A stretch of DNA of 64,000 nucleotides from a virus, in IMG/VR virus record IMGVR_UViG_3300023276_001086, positions 103,833 to 167,832 of that record; one strand, 5' to 3'. Below the pieces are notes generated by a model. The model was not told where the DNA came from. It saw nothing but the letters and a program-made list of their open reading frames with translations, and did no database searches. Both the position numbers and the translations under genes were made by a program. Each line of letters starts with the position of its first letter. The first letter of the stretch is position 1. Of the stretch, positions 47,153 to 56,703 are shown piece by piece.

Positions 47153-49330
47153 CTACGCTACCCCGCCAAGCACAGCAAGACCGGAGGCCCTCTCCAGTCC
47201 CGCCAAATTACAGTTTGACTCCACGAACTCCGAAACCGGTTCGCCTAGGTAGGCTTCATTGAGATAGGTGGAGGTCAACATTCCGATGACTGATTCCAAC
47301 ACATCCGCCCCTTCTTTGACAAGACCCTCTTCGAGGACACTGTCGCCGCGGAGCGCATGGTGGATCTCTGGGTGAGTAAATACTGCCTGCTTGATCAAGC
47401 CAGCAGATTTGTAGAGTAGATCCCGCCGGTACGCCGAATAGGCCGACGAAACCTTGCTCATCAGTGGGTGATCGAGCTTAGCACAACCGTGCTCTTCTTC
47501 GATATCCGACTTGGGGCCACACTTGATCATGATAATTGTGCGCTTCCCAATAGACGGAGTCATCGCACTCCTCGATCCCATCATGGGGAGTAGTGCAGAG
47601 AGAATCTTCGGGACAATACTGCTGGACAACCGAAAGTCATCCGACGGGGCCGCCCCTGTGCGGAACATGAGCTTCTTGTCGTCGAGCTCGTCCGCCAGGC
47701 CGGGCCGCCCGATGGCCCTGATGTACATGCGCTGGAACTCGCGCGGCTTCGCGACGATCCCCAGGCCCCCTGCTGTGCTCAGGCCGTCGGACATCCGCTC
47801 GGACAACCTGTCCTGAAGGTCTCGAGGCATGTCTGGCTCTTCCCGTTGGAGAGTGGGAAGGCTGCGCCGGAAGCTGGACTGTATCTGCTTGATGATCTCC
47901 GAGCGCTTGTCGAGCGAGCTGGTCTTGATGCGACCGACCGACATCCGCTTGCGCTTCAGGTACTCACCGATGCGCTGCTCGGTTTTGGGGTCCTCCCACT
48001 CGAGGTCACCCAAATCCGAAGCGTTCTTGGTCTTCTCCCAAGCCTGCTCTGCCTTCTTGAGGTCGGCCTGCTGCTGTCGAGTCTTTTCGACGACACCCTC
48101 GGGATCGAGCTTGGCCAGGATGCTCTTCTTGGCCTGATCGATCTGCGCTTTGCTCTTCGGCTTCGCTTGCACACTCGGGCGTGGAAGGCTCCTCGCGATC
48201 TCCTTGATGTTCCTGCTCTCAGCCTTGGCCGCAGCCCGACCGAGACTCAGGCCAAGAGCCCCGCCACCAAGAGCCCCCGTAGCTGCTCCGATGCCCATGT
48301 TGCGGAGGCGGTCCTTCTTCTCACCGACCAACTCACCAAGAGCCGCCCCGGCGGCGCCTCCCCCAAGAACACCAGTGACTACCCCACCCGCTGATGCCAT
48401 CTTCTCCACCCCTCGACCCCACACCTCAGCAACGTGAGCCGAGGGCACACAGTCCGTGTGGTGACAGTTGCCGCAGGCCCTGGTGCCCGGCTGGATAGGG
48501 CACTCGCCAGCGAGCTTGGCCAGGACGAACGAGGTCTTATCTGCCCCGATGAACACCACCGACAGGTCGAAAAACCTGGGGTGCATGTTCTTCATCATGA
48601 CCTTTTTGCCGTCAGGGTAGATCTTGTTGAGCTCGTTCTTCAGGTGGTGACAGTAGTCACCCGTCTCAGTACTCAGACCCGTAATAGGTCGACGCCTGTG
48701 CTCGGCGATGTCCGCTGATGGGTTGAGTGTGATCCTCGACCAATCTGCGCAGTATGAGCAAACGTCGTAGGGAACACGGCAACCCATGCTGACCGAAGGG
48801 AACTCACCGTTCTCCACCCGGTCGATCACACCCGTTGAACCGAACTTGGCCGCTCGAGCGTGGTCGAAGGACACAATGAGGAGAACCCGCTTCATGTGCG
48901 AGTCCCACATCACGTACTCGATGTTGCCGAAAGCCCTGTTCGGATCCTTGTTCTGGTGGTGAGCGAAGGCGTGAGCGTTGTAGAAGGTGGGGTAGCCCCA
49001 CTGCCACTTCCTACCTACGATGATCTGCTGCTCGTGAGGTAGGTCGTTCCAACCTGGTGGTACGTGGAGCAGTGGCTCCTCTGGAAACTCGTCGGCGTTG
49101 GAGTTAGAGCCCCAGTACTCACCAGCCCCGAGGGCGCTGATCAGTGTGTAGAGCTTACCGTTGGTTCGGGGCAACCTCTTCATGAACCGTTGAACAACAC
49201 CAAGCTGCGGTGGGGCGGCGACAGCAGCGGCTTCCTTGATCAAGCCACCATTATCGTACCCAGCCCGCAAGAGCTGGATGTACTCACCGTTCGTGTCTCG
49301 CCCGGCGAACTGACACTGTTTGATAATCAT
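47153..49330 (-). CDS. prohead maturation protease (SH-clan/assemblin-like) with C-terminal extension and embedded glycine-zipper
   Basis: NSNADEF, AHHQNKD (His), SVSMGC (Ser), CSYC..C.H Zn motif, FFDLSVV..GAD; upstream of scaffold and capsid genes. Confidence 0.8.
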   Translation of the reverse strand: MIIKQCQFAGRDTNGEYIQLLRAGYDNGGLIKEAAAVAAPPQLGVVQRFMKRLPRTNGKLYTLISALGAGEYWGSNSNADEFPEEPLLHVPPGWNDLPHEQQIIVGRKWQWGYPTFYNAHAFAHHQNKDPNRAFGNIEYVMWDSHMKRVLLIVSFDHARAAKFGSTGVIDRVENGEFPSVSMGCRVPYDVCSYCADWSRITLNPSADIAEHRRRPITGLSTETGDYCHHLKNELNKIYPDGKKVMMKNMHPRFFDLSVVFIGADKTSFVLAKLAGECPIQPGTRACGNCHHTDCVPSAHVAEVWGRGVEKMASAGGVVTGVLGGGAAGAALGELVGEKKDRLRNMGIGAATGALGGGALGLSLGRAAAKAESRNIKEIARSLPRPSVQAKPKSKAQIDQAKKSILAKLDPEGVVEKTRQQQADLKKAEQAWEKTKNASDLGDLEWEDPKTEQRIGEYLKRKRMSVGRIKTSSLDKRSEIIKQIQSSFRRSLPTLQREEPDMPRDLQDRLSERMSDGLSTAGGLGIVAKPREFQRMYIRAIGRPGLADELDDKKLMFRTGAAPSDDFRLSSSIVPKILSALLPMMGSRSAMTPSIGKRTIIMIKCGPKSDIEEEHGCAKLDHPLMSKVSSAYSAYRRDLLYKSAGLIKQAVFTHPEIHHALRGDSVLEEGLVKEGADVLESVIGMLTSTYLNEAYLGEPVSEFVESNCNLAGLERASGLAVLGGVA

Positions 49331-49343
49331 GTGAGCTGCCTGT

Positions 49344-49985
49344 TCAGGTCCTGTTCAGATGCTCAGCGAACCCCATGGCACCCTTCGCGTTTTCACGGGT
49401 CTCCTTACGGTCAGCGATGAGATTCTTGATCTTATCTTGCTCCTGATCGTACTTGAACTTCTCGCGATTCAGTCCGAGTGTCGCCGCACTATCAGCAGAG
49501 CGGGCCTGGCGGTCCAGTTGCTTATGGGCAGGGTCACCAGCATTCGTCATCATGCCCGCCGTGAACTGCGCGATCGGGAAGTCCAAACCTGGTCGTTGGA
49601 CCTTCTGCTGGGCGCTGCCGAGATCGGCCAATGTGCGCGGATCGACATAGTCATCCTGAAGGGCCATACGGTTGACGAAGGAACTTGCGACTACCGGGTC
49701 TCTTGCGAGATCTGGTGCGGCGTTGTGCAGCGTGTTGAACATCGCCCTCGTCTTGGTAGCTGGCAGTTTCTTCAACTGCGGATTGTGGTCCATCATCCGC
49801 TTGAACCCACGAGAGCGACCCACCAGGCTCTTGATCTCCTGGTAACCTTCGTGGGCCGCCATAATGGCGAGAGGCGCAGCAACGCCGAAACCCGCCTGCA
49901 CCGCGTGACTTTTCCAGTTGACCTCGGCCGTCTTTTCCGTGGTCGGGGGTGTTTCTTCTGCGAGGAATGTCTCTACAGGGTTCAT
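49344..49985 (-). CDS. putative inner-head protein (EKTA site, hydrophobic segment)
   Basis: EKTA|EV..AGFGVAAPLAIMAA; in the head operon. Confidence 0.65.
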   Translation of the reverse strand: MNPVETFLAEETPPTTEKTAEVNWKSHAVQAGFGVAAPLAIMAAHEGYQEIKSLVGRSRGFKRMMDHNPQLKKLPATKTRAMFNTLHNAAPDLARDPVVASSFVNRMALQDDYVDPRTLADLGSAQQKVQRPGLDFPIAQFTAGMMTNAGDPAHKQLDRQARSADSAATLGLNREKFKYDQEQDKIKNLIADRKETRENAKGAMGFAEHLNRT

Positions 49986-50353
49986 CAGTACATGACTCCT
50001 GTTCTTGGGTTATAGGTGGCTCGATGTTGCGCGGCCCGAGCTCGGAGACGCGACTTCTGCAACTGTACCTGCTTGCCTATGGGGTTGCCAAGCGCATCAT
50101 TCGCGACGTAACCAGCGGCAGCATAGGGCGCCACCTTAGCCGCCCCGTGGGCCGCGTAACCAAGCGGAGTTCGAATAAGGCCTTTGCCTATGACACCGCG
50201 AGCGGCCTGGCCAACGGCTGAAGTGGTCTCACCCATCACCTTGGTCGCGGCCTTGCCCGCCCCCACAATACCACCACTGATGGCACCAAGGGCCGCCACC
50301 TTCTCGAGACGAACCAGGAACGCGGCGACCTGGAGCTCTCTTCGTGTCGTCAC
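49985..50353 (-). CDS. leader-bearing (AAFLVRLEKVA) Gly/Ala-rich basic protein
   Basis: Leader variant, then ALGAISGGIVGAG. Confidence 0.65.
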   Translation of the reverse strand: MTTRRELQVAAFLVRLEKVAALGAISGGIVGAGKAATKVMGETTSAVGQAARGVIGKGLIRTPLGYAAHGAAKVAPYAAAGYVANDALGNPIGKQVQLQKSRLRARAAQHRATYNPRTGVMY

Positions 50354-51276
50354 TGGATTACCGACTTGACCTGATTGTTGACGTGCTCGAACCGCTCATC
50401 GAGACTCTCGGATGCAGCGAGGGTAGCGAACAGTCCGGTAGCGACCTTGGCGAAGTGATCGAAGGTCGTACAGACGGGATGCGCCGGGTTGATAACCTGG
50501 TTGGCCGAGGCCTGCTTGGTCATCACCACAGCTGGTACGTCCCCCACTTGCCGGCTGACAGTTTTGAGAGCCAACTTGGTGAGGTTGTGGTGCGGCGACC
50601 GATCGGTGTAGATGCGCGCCACCTCGGCTGGGGAGTGTCCCTCGAGGATAAGCTCACGAGCTACCTTGCACATCGCGTCCGCAGCTTCGTCGTACACAAC
50701 CTGATTCGTCATCAGCCTGGCGTGCATCTGGTCTCGAGCAGTCTTCACCATATCGCGCAACTCAAAGAGCTCACGATAAGGGTTGAGGTGGGGGTAGTCC
50801 GGCTGCGTCGCAGCGGCAGTCTTCGTCATACCCCTGTTGCGTGCGCGGGCACCATCCGCCCCAGGAAGAAAGCGCTCCGAGGCATGGAGCCGTGCCCCGG
50901 CCGTCTTGGTGATAGCCATACCACTATCCGATCCCGAACGGAGTTCCTGAAGTACCCTAGCGCCATCGGCCGGACCACCAGAAAAATCAATCACTCGATG
51001 GTCCGCTGCGCTTTTCGTGAACTCCTGCTCGAACGCGTAGTTGTTTGCAAACTCAGCCACCCTCCGAACATGATCCGGGTTGAGTCCGCTTTCATCACGA
51101 AGAACTGACACGACTGCGTCGGTGAGGTCAACTCCACCCTCAACATATTTGGCACTCGCAGTTTTGCCAAGCAACCGAAGACGTTCCGGATCAACTCCCC
51201 TTGAGGAACGATCCGACACCGTGTAAGACTCCGTTCCCAGCATTTGCTTGTTCCCCATGGCCGACCTCCTTACCAA
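50350..51276 (-). CDS. head-module protein with K-x-A sites
   Basis: TKSAA, TKTAG, TKTAA, TKQAS; first gene of the head operon. Confidence 0.7.
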   Translation of the reverse strand: MVRRSAMGNKQMLGTESYTVSDRSSRGVDPERLRLLGKTASAKYVEGGVDLTDAVVSVLRDESGLNPDHVRRVAEFANNYAFEQEFTKSAADHRVIDFSGGPADGARVLQELRSGSDSGMAITKTAGARLHASERFLPGADGARARNRGMTKTAAATQPDYPHLNPYRELFELRDMVKTARDQMHARLMTNQVVYDEAADAMCKVARELILEGHSPAEVARIYTDRSPHHNLTKLALKTVSRQVGDVPAVVMTKQASANQVINPAHPVCTTFDHFAKVATGLFATLAASESLDERFEHVNNQVKSVIQ

Positions 51277-51325
51277 GAGTTCGGCTACACTTCTGCTAGT
51301 ATCAAGTTAGCATACGGGTGATCTG

Positions 51326-52069
51326 ATGGGAAGCGACCCTATTTACGTACCAATATCCAAAGCATCCAAGATCCTTGACTGTGAGGAGAGCAAGGTCCAC
51401 GAGCTCTGCGATCAGGGTCTTGTGCGCCGAAAACTCGAGGGGGATGTTGCCTCTGTCCGAAGAGAGGATATCGAGGAAGTCTACCGCTTGCAGCTCGTCG
51501 GTGAGCTTCGACCGGGAGAGCTCATTCGAAGACTGCTGTTCGCAGAACGCAAAATCGCCAAGCTCGAGGGCGCGGTCAACATGCTGTACGAGATCAACGG
51601 CCTCGCTGGCTCACGATTCTCCCCAATGGACGACCCAGAGATCCACAACCTCTACGGTGTGGTGGTGGACGCGCTAGGAGAAGACTACTGGACGGTAGAC
51701 CAACTCGTCGTCTTCGGTGAGTATTTTCTCCGCATCACTGAGGTGGAGGTCGAGCGCCTCAATGACCTGCTACAACTCGACAGCTCATGGATGCCCTTCT
51801 ACCGACTCTGCTTGAAGCTCACTAAGTTCGTCGGTCTGTCGGAGGACCTCGACACCAACCTGGAAATGCAGCGAGTACGGGATCTGCTGTACCAAGGTAG
51901 GAAGAATCTCCAAACGATAGGTGTGTTATTTATCGAGCACAAAGCCCAGCTCGGGCCTAGTCGAGAGCTCCTCGCTAAAATGGCGTCCGCCGATATTGAT
52001 GACTTTGACACACTCGCCAAACAGCTCATCACAACCACCCTACCCCGAGCGACCGTAAAGCTACTGTAA
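51326..52069 (+). CDS. N-terminal excisionase/MerR-like HTH protein
   Basis: VPISKASKILDCEESKVHELCDQGLV.......VRREDIEE. Confidence 0.6.
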   Translation: MGSDPIYVPISKASKILDCEESKVHELCDQGLVRRKLEGDVASVRREDIEEVYRLQLVGELRPGELIRRLLFAERKIAKLEGAVNMLYEINGLAGSRFSPMDDPEIHNLYGVVVDALGEDYWTVDQLVVFGEYFLRITEVEVERLNDLLQLDSSWMPFYRLCLKLTKFVGLSEDLDTNLEMQRVRDLLYQGRKNLQTIGVLFIEHKAQLGPSRELLAKMASADIDDFDTLAKQLITTTLPRATVKLL

Positions 52070-52074
52070 CCCTG

Positions 52075-52101
52075 CAAAAACACACATCTTCTCGATATAA
52101 G
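52075..52101 (+). promoter_or_regulatory. phage promoter motif CAAAA-N17-ATAAG
   Basis: Followed by a stem-loop (TGGTTAGC..GCTGACCA) and an AGGAG RBS. Confidence 0.7.
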
Positions 52102-52166
52102 GGGTTTAGTTTCTAGCTGGTTAGCTTTTTGCTGACCACGGGTTGCAACCCCAAAGGAGAGAGAAG

Positions 52167-52733
52167 ATGTCGGAAGAAAACCAGAACAAGCGTCACTCAA
52201 CTACCGCATGGGAAAGCTCGAAAAGTGAAGCCGGACTCGTCGCAGCCGGCGCCGTTCTCGGTGGCGTAGCGGGCGTCGGCGGAGGGTACATCGTAGCTCA
52301 GGCGTTCGGGACACCGCCTGTTCCAACGTACATCATCGGCGGCACCGTAGGTGTGGCGCTTGGCGGGGGGACCGCCGCATACGCCGCATCCCGAATGCAC
52401 GAAGCACGCGCAGAGGCGGCTCGATACGCAGACGTGGCCATCGACGAAGCCATCGTCAAGGCCATCGCTGCCGGTGAGGCAGAAGTCGAGAAGGAAAAGA
52501 AGGCCCGTCTGGCCGCCGCTCCGCGGAGCAACGGAGCCGAGGCCAAGGCCCTCCTGGCCAAAGCCGCGATGCAGCTCGACAACATGCCCGCCGAGATGTC
52601 GTCAGCCATCCAGGACGTGATGGCTACCTCGTTGGACGAGGTCACTGGGCACTTCAACGCCGCAGCTGAACAGCAGCAGCAGTTCAATCAGGCGATACTG
52701 GCGCAGATCACCGCCCTCCAGCCAAAGGCGTAA
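52167..52733 (+). CDS. glycine-zipper 2TM membrane protein with a coiled-coil tail
   Basis: GLVAAGAVLGGVAGVGGGYIVA ... IIGGTVGVALGGGTAAYAA. Confidence 0.75.
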   Translation: MSEENQNKRHSTTAWESSKSEAGLVAAGAVLGGVAGVGGGYIVAQAFGTPPVPTYIIGGTVGVALGGGTAAYAASRMHEARAEAARYADVAIDEAIVKAIAAGEAEVEKEKKARLAAAPRSNGAEAKALLAKAAMQLDNMPAEMSSAIQDVMATSLDEVTGHFNAAAEQQQQFNQAILAQITALQPKA

Positions 52734-52787
52734 TCGCGCCACCTCCAGGCGCTCGACGGTCGTATCTTCGACCGTAAGGAGTCAAAT

Positions 52788-53063
52788 GTGGAGGATCTCA
52801 ACTGTACCAGCCATGACGGTGATCACATTTCAGTACGCACCGTCGACGGGGAGATGGTCGTCGGAACGATGAATGGGGATGAGTTTCACGAGAAGCTCGT
52901 ACTCAATCAACCGTTCCGGCGCGCCATCGCCTCCGTGTACCGCCTGCACCAGCACCTCGAGGGGAAGAACATCGACCACCGCATTCAGGAGCTTTGCTCC
53001 TACGCGATGGATGATCTTCTCATGACGGCACTGGAGCTCGCGCTGTCCCCACCTAGAAGATAG
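52788..53063 (+). CDS. hypothetical protein
   Basis: AAGGAG RBS, 91 aa. Confidence 0.65.
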   Translation: MEDLNCTSHDGDHISVRTVDGEMVVGTMNGDEFHEKLVLNQPFRRAIASVYRLHQHLEGKNIDHRIQELCSYAMDDLLMTALELALSPPRR

Positions 53064-53101
53064 GAGCCCCGACATCCGTCGGGCGCTTCTTCCTTAGCTA
53101 G
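53064..53101 (+). terminator. hairpin + TTCTTCCTTAGCTAG terminator
   Basis: CCCGAC-ATCC-GTCGGG stem, TTAGCT signature; convergent with the terminase stop. Confidence 0.7.
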
Positions 53102-54960
53102 TCATTGGTGAAGTCGACATGGTCGGCACTGGTCGGTACCAGGATGTCTGGTCGGGCCTTGATGAACATCGAAGCGAGGAAGCAGTAGAGGATGGAGTGG
53201 AACGAGTCGTCACTCTTGCCGGGGCTGAGCTTGTACTGGGTCATGTGAATCTGGTGATTGAACTCCGAGAATATATTGAGCATGTCGCTACCGTAGGGCG
53301 TTCGGAACTCCTCGTTCTTAGGGAACCAGATCTTCTGAGCTCGGATAGCGTTGAAGACATCAGCCATGACCTCTGTGCGGTGGAGCATGAAGCGCCCCAG
53401 GTTCGGCTCCCAACTCACCTTCTTCTTGGGCGCCGAGGCGTACTGATACTTCATGACCTTGTTGGCCCCGAAGTTACGCATCAGCCAATCGTTGCGGTCA
53501 AAGCCGCCACCGTAGTCAGAGCCCAGGACAACGAAGTTCACCTGGTTGAGCAACGCCGCGATCTTCTGAAGCTGAAGCTGTGGGTTGAGATCCTCACCCG
53601 TGAACCGGTGGATGTAGAAGATCTGGAACTGCCCGCCCATGTAACCACCCAGAGAGAGGACGGAGTAAGACTCGTTCTCCCCAGTCCCGTGGTCGAGCCC
53701 GGCCGCCACACCGCCGTAACATTTCTTGGCGTTCTCCAGGACGGCGTCCATCTCGTACATACGGATGGTGTCCTGGCAACACACCTCCACCTGCTTCTTC
53801 GTCAGAGGGCGCTGGCCGCTATCGAAGGACAGGCCGAGAACCTCGTTGTTGAACTTGGCGGTCTCGTAGTTCTCGAGTGGGAACAGCACACTGTCGTGCC
53901 AGCCGTCAGGGTCATTGATGATCCAGGGAACCATCAGCTGGTTGACCCGATAACCCTCAAACGCTACGCGGTGGGAATTGTCTTCGGTGACAGGTTGACC
54001 GGCGGCCCACTGAGCCAGGGGGTGCGCTGGGTTGATGGCCCGCTTACACTTCGAACAAACGGGGCCCCTCTTCCCGATGTTGCGCGCACCAAGCACGTTC
54101 CAATACCACGTCTCGGGTTTCGACCCCCCGCAGGCCTCGCACGGAACCAGCCACTCGTTCTGCGTAGAGAACTCCGACCAGTAGGTCTCGATGGTGTTGT
54201 CCATCGACTTCGGCGTGCCCGAGTAACAGAAAATCTTCCAGGGTGAGTGAGACGCGCACTGCTCGATGACCGGCACGTTGGCGAAGATGATGTCCTGAAT
54301 CTCATCAATCAGGATCATGTCCGCTGGGATACCGCGCGTTCGGTCAGCGTTGAGGAACGCGTACCTGATACGGACCTGAGACCGGTTCTTGAACTGCTTG
54401 AACAGCACGTTCTGACTGAGCCCGGAGTCAATGAGGTACGAGAGCTCGGGGCTGATATCGATGGGTTCCTTCAACCGGTCAACTGAGAAGACCGTCGCCT
54501 GGGTAGCAGTGGCGCTGACATACAGCACCTTGAAGCCGTAGTTGATGCCGCAGTAGGCGATGGCCTTGTTGCCCAGCATCGTAGACTTCTCAGTCTGCCG
54601 GGCACACTTCAGGAGCAACCGCCGAGCTGGCGTGTTGTAGGGCGCACGCAGGTAGCGGCGACCATCGAAGCTGAAACGTTGGACATCCCCGCCAACTGGG
54701 ATTCGAATAGAGAACTCAGTGAACTCAGAGGGCGTGGAGAATGTCTTGAGCTTATGGCTGACGACGGCGTCCTCGCCGAACATCACGTTCTCAACTTCAG
54801 CAGCCTCTAGCGCATCGTCCTCGTCACCCATTACGAGGTCGAGCTCATCCTCGAGACCCTGGTTGAGCTCTCCCGCCTCGAGAGCCTCCTTTGCCCGAAC
54901 ATAGAACCCGAGGTCGGTGGCCGGTGAGGAAACGTTGACTGCTGCGCCCATTGTGATCAC
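53098..54960 (-). CDS. terL: terminase large subunit (GpA-like)
   Basis: Walker A KCARQTEKST, Walker B ILIDEIQD, coupling motif SGTP, Zn CxxC pairs, nuclease GLDHG and SDDSFH. Confidence 0.92.
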   Translation of the reverse strand: MITMGAAVNVSSPATDLGFYVRAKEALEAGELNQGLEDELDLVMGDEDDALEAAEVENVMFGEDAVVSHKLKTFSTPSEFTEFSIRIPVGGDVQRFSFDGRRYLRAPYNTPARRLLLKCARQTEKSTMLGNKAIAYCGINYGFKVLYVSATATQATVFSVDRLKEPIDISPELSYLIDSGLSQNVLFKQFKNRSQVRIRYAFLNADRTRGIPADMILIDEIQDIIFANVPVIEQCASHSPWKIFCYSGTPKSMDNTIETYWSEFSTQNEWLVPCEACGGSKPETWYWNVLGARNIGKRGPVCSKCKRAINPAHPLAQWAAGQPVTEDNSHRVAFEGYRVNQLMVPWIINDPDGWHDSVLFPLENYETAKFNNEVLGLSFDSGQRPLTKKQVEVCCQDTIRMYEMDAVLENAKKCYGGVAAGLDHGTGENESYSVLSLGGYMGGQFQIFYIHRFTGEDLNPQLQLQKIAALLNQVNFVVLGSDYGGGFDRNDWLMRNFGANKVMKYQYASAPKKKVSWEPNLGRFMLHRTEVMADVFNAIRAQKIWFPKNEEFRTPYGSDMLNIFSEFNHQIHMTQYKLSPGKSDDSFHSILYCFLASMFIKARPDILVPTSADHVDFTND

Positions 54961-54970
54961 CGTAACAGAC

Positions 54971-54998
54971 GAAAAGGTTCGGGTCCAAGCGGTATAAG
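54971..54998 (+). promoter_or_regulatory. phage promoter motif GAAAA-N18-ATAAG
   Basis: Followed by a stem-loop (AGGTGGGTA..TATCCGCCT) and an AGGAG RBS. Confidence 0.7.
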
Positions 54999-55046
54999 GG
55001 GAGCACGAAGGTGGGTACGTTATCCGCCTATTAAAAAGGAGAGAGT

Positions 55047-55406
55047 GTGCCGAACGAAATGAAAACCCAACTGGTGAAGAATCTTCAAGCCGAGCGGGGC
55101 TGCTTTTGGATGAACAAGAACCTAGTCATCTGGGACGGTCCCAACAACAAGGGGACAGTCATGTTGAGCAAGACATCGGTTGCCCCGTTCGAGCTCGATC
55201 CGGAGCTCGAGGGCGCTCTGCTCATGCGGTTCACCACCCGACGCATGAAGAAGGCGTTCGTCCGACAGTGCAGCCGTCACATCGGCAAGGCCTTCTGCCT
55301 GGGAGGCGGCTTTGTTGACCTCCCCGCTGCCGCATTCGATGAAGAGACGCCCGACCTGTCATCAGTCCAGGACAAGGAGTTGCTGTCGTGGCTGATGTTG
55401 CTGTGA
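55047..55406 (+). CDS. hypothetical protein (cassette gene)
   Basis: Follows promoter 54971. Confidence 0.65.
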   Translation: MPNEMKTQLVKNLQAERGCFWMNKNLVIWDGPNNKGTVMLSKTSVAPFELDPELEGALLMRFTTRRMKKAFVRQCSRHIGKAFCLGGGFVDLPAAAFDEETPDLSSVQDKELLSWLMLL

Positions 55407-55738
55407 GCTACGCGTGGCTGGATGAGGTGATGGTGAAGATCAGCCGGGTCTACCAAGACGAATTCCTACTCGTCCCGGCCGGCAAAGAGGAGAGCTACGA
55501 GGAGAAGCATGGCAGCTGTATCAAATGCACCTACCGCTTCGTCTTCGCAGAGAACGCCCAACAAGTCCTTCCCAACGAGGAGGGTATGCAGCTCATGAGG
55601 CTCATCAAGAGCGCGGCCCGAGCAGCTCAAGCTAATCCGCCGCTCGTCAGTACCCGGATCAAGAGCAAGCATGATTTTGGGGACTGGTTCTGGGATGAGC
55701 GCGGTGCCCTCATGGTGGTATTTCTTTGTGCACGGTAA
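55388..55738 (+). CDS. hypothetical protein (cassette gene)
   Basis: AAGGAG RBS, overlaps the upstream ORF end. Confidence 0.6.
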   Translation: MADVAVSYAWLDEVMVKISRVYQDEFLLVPAGKEESYEEKHGSCIKCTYRFVFAENAQQVLPNEEGMQLMRLIKSAARAAQANPPLVSTRIKSKHDFGDWFWDERGALMVVFLCAR

Positions 55739-55760
55739 AACATGGGGCTACCTCGGCCCG

Positions 55761-55804
55761 GAAAAACGGGCCTGAACAGGGCATAAGACTATTGTGGACT
55801 CGGG
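55761..55804 (+). promoter_or_regulatory. phage promoter motif GAAAA-N17-ATAAG-N6-GTGGACTCGGG
   Basis: Matches 21560, 22610, 56322. Confidence 0.8.
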
Positions 55805-55833
55805 ATTCATAGCTCCCGAAAAGGAGGACCACA

Positions 55834-56046
55834 ATGGCAAAGAAGGAATGCCCATACGGAATGGGTAGCTGTTCCGCCCACCAACCCGTCTTCAACCAGT
55901 GCGTCGCGGACGCGCTGGATGGGGGGGACGCATTCGACTGTAGCTACTCAAGCTACTTCGATTGCGACACCGACGTGATGGCGTCGGTGTTGGCTGGGAC
56001 CAAGACGCCTGAAGAGGCGGAGAATTGGCTGAACTCGGATGACTAA
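55834..56046 (+). CDS. small Cys/Asp-rich hypothetical protein (cassette gene)
   Basis: AGGAGG RBS. Confidence 0.7.
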   Translation: MAKKECPYGMGSCSAHQPVFNQCVADALDGGDAFDCSYSSYFDCDTDVMASVLAGTKTPEEAENWLNSDD

Positions 56047-56263
56047 GAGGGAAGAAACCCAAAAACTCCTCGAGGAGCTCGATTGCACAATTCGTCAACT
56101 AACGGGGGCGCAGCCTGTTGCGTCCCTACTGATCGGAGGAGCCCCCGGCTGCTGTGGGGCGTATTACGTTGCTCACCAGATAAGCCAAGCAAGAGAGGAG
56201 GCCAGCAAACAAACTGACGAAGCAATTCGTCAGGCACTCGCTAAGTACTCCAACTCCAAGTAG
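56039..56263 (+). CDS. small hypothetical protein (cassette gene)
   Basis: Overlapping start; ends at the repeated terminator. Confidence 0.6.
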   Translation: MTKREETQKLLEELDCTIRQLTGAQPVASLLIGGAPGCCGAYYVAHQISQAREEASKQTDEAIRQALAKYSNSK

Positions 56264-56309
56264 CCAAGAGCCCCGTTCGGGGAATCCTACCTTGGCTCTT
56301 TTCTTAGCT
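56261..56309 (+). terminator. repeated terminator, copy 1
   Basis: TAGCCAAGAGCCCCGTTCGGGGAATCCTACCTTGGCTCTTTTCTTAGCT. Confidence 0.85.
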
Positions 56310-56321
56310 AGCTATGTACCC

Positions 56322-56366
56322 GAAAAGCATGGGCTAAATGGGGCATAAGAATCATGTGGACTCGGG
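56322..56366 (+). promoter_or_regulatory. phage promoter motif GAAAA-N18-ATAAG-N6-GTGGACTCGGG
   Basis: Matches 21560, 22610, 55761. Confidence 0.8.
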
Positions 56367-56394
56367 GAAACTAGCCTCGAGAGAAAGGACCCCC

Positions 56395-56703
56395 ATGACT
56401 CTTTCAGACATAGTCGCCCGTTGCGAAAAGTTCTCCGGCTACGAGCTCGAGGCCGAAACGCAGGAGCGGTCCTACGGCCGCTGCCTCGTCATCAGAGCCG
56501 TCGGCGAGGCCGGGCGGAAGCATCCCTACTCCCTCGCGCTGATGCTGCTCCACCCGGACATGTCCGTCCTCAAGGAGCTGAACGGCCGCCTGCGCCACTG
56601 GGGCATTTCCCTCGAGGAGCAGCGAGTGATCGCGGCGCACCTGGGTGCGCCCGAGCCGACGCCCGAGCCCATCTTGGACCCGTTCGCGGTCGTCAACTTC
56701 TAG
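56395..56703 (+). CDS. hypothetical protein (single-gene cassette)
   Basis: AAGGA RBS before MTLSDIV; flanked by two near-identical terminators. Confidence 0.7.
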   Translation: MTLSDIVARCEKFSGYELEAETQERSYGRCLVIRAVGEAGRKHPYSLALMLLHPDMSVLKELNGRLRHWGISLEEQRVIAAHLGAPEPTPEPILDPFAVVNF

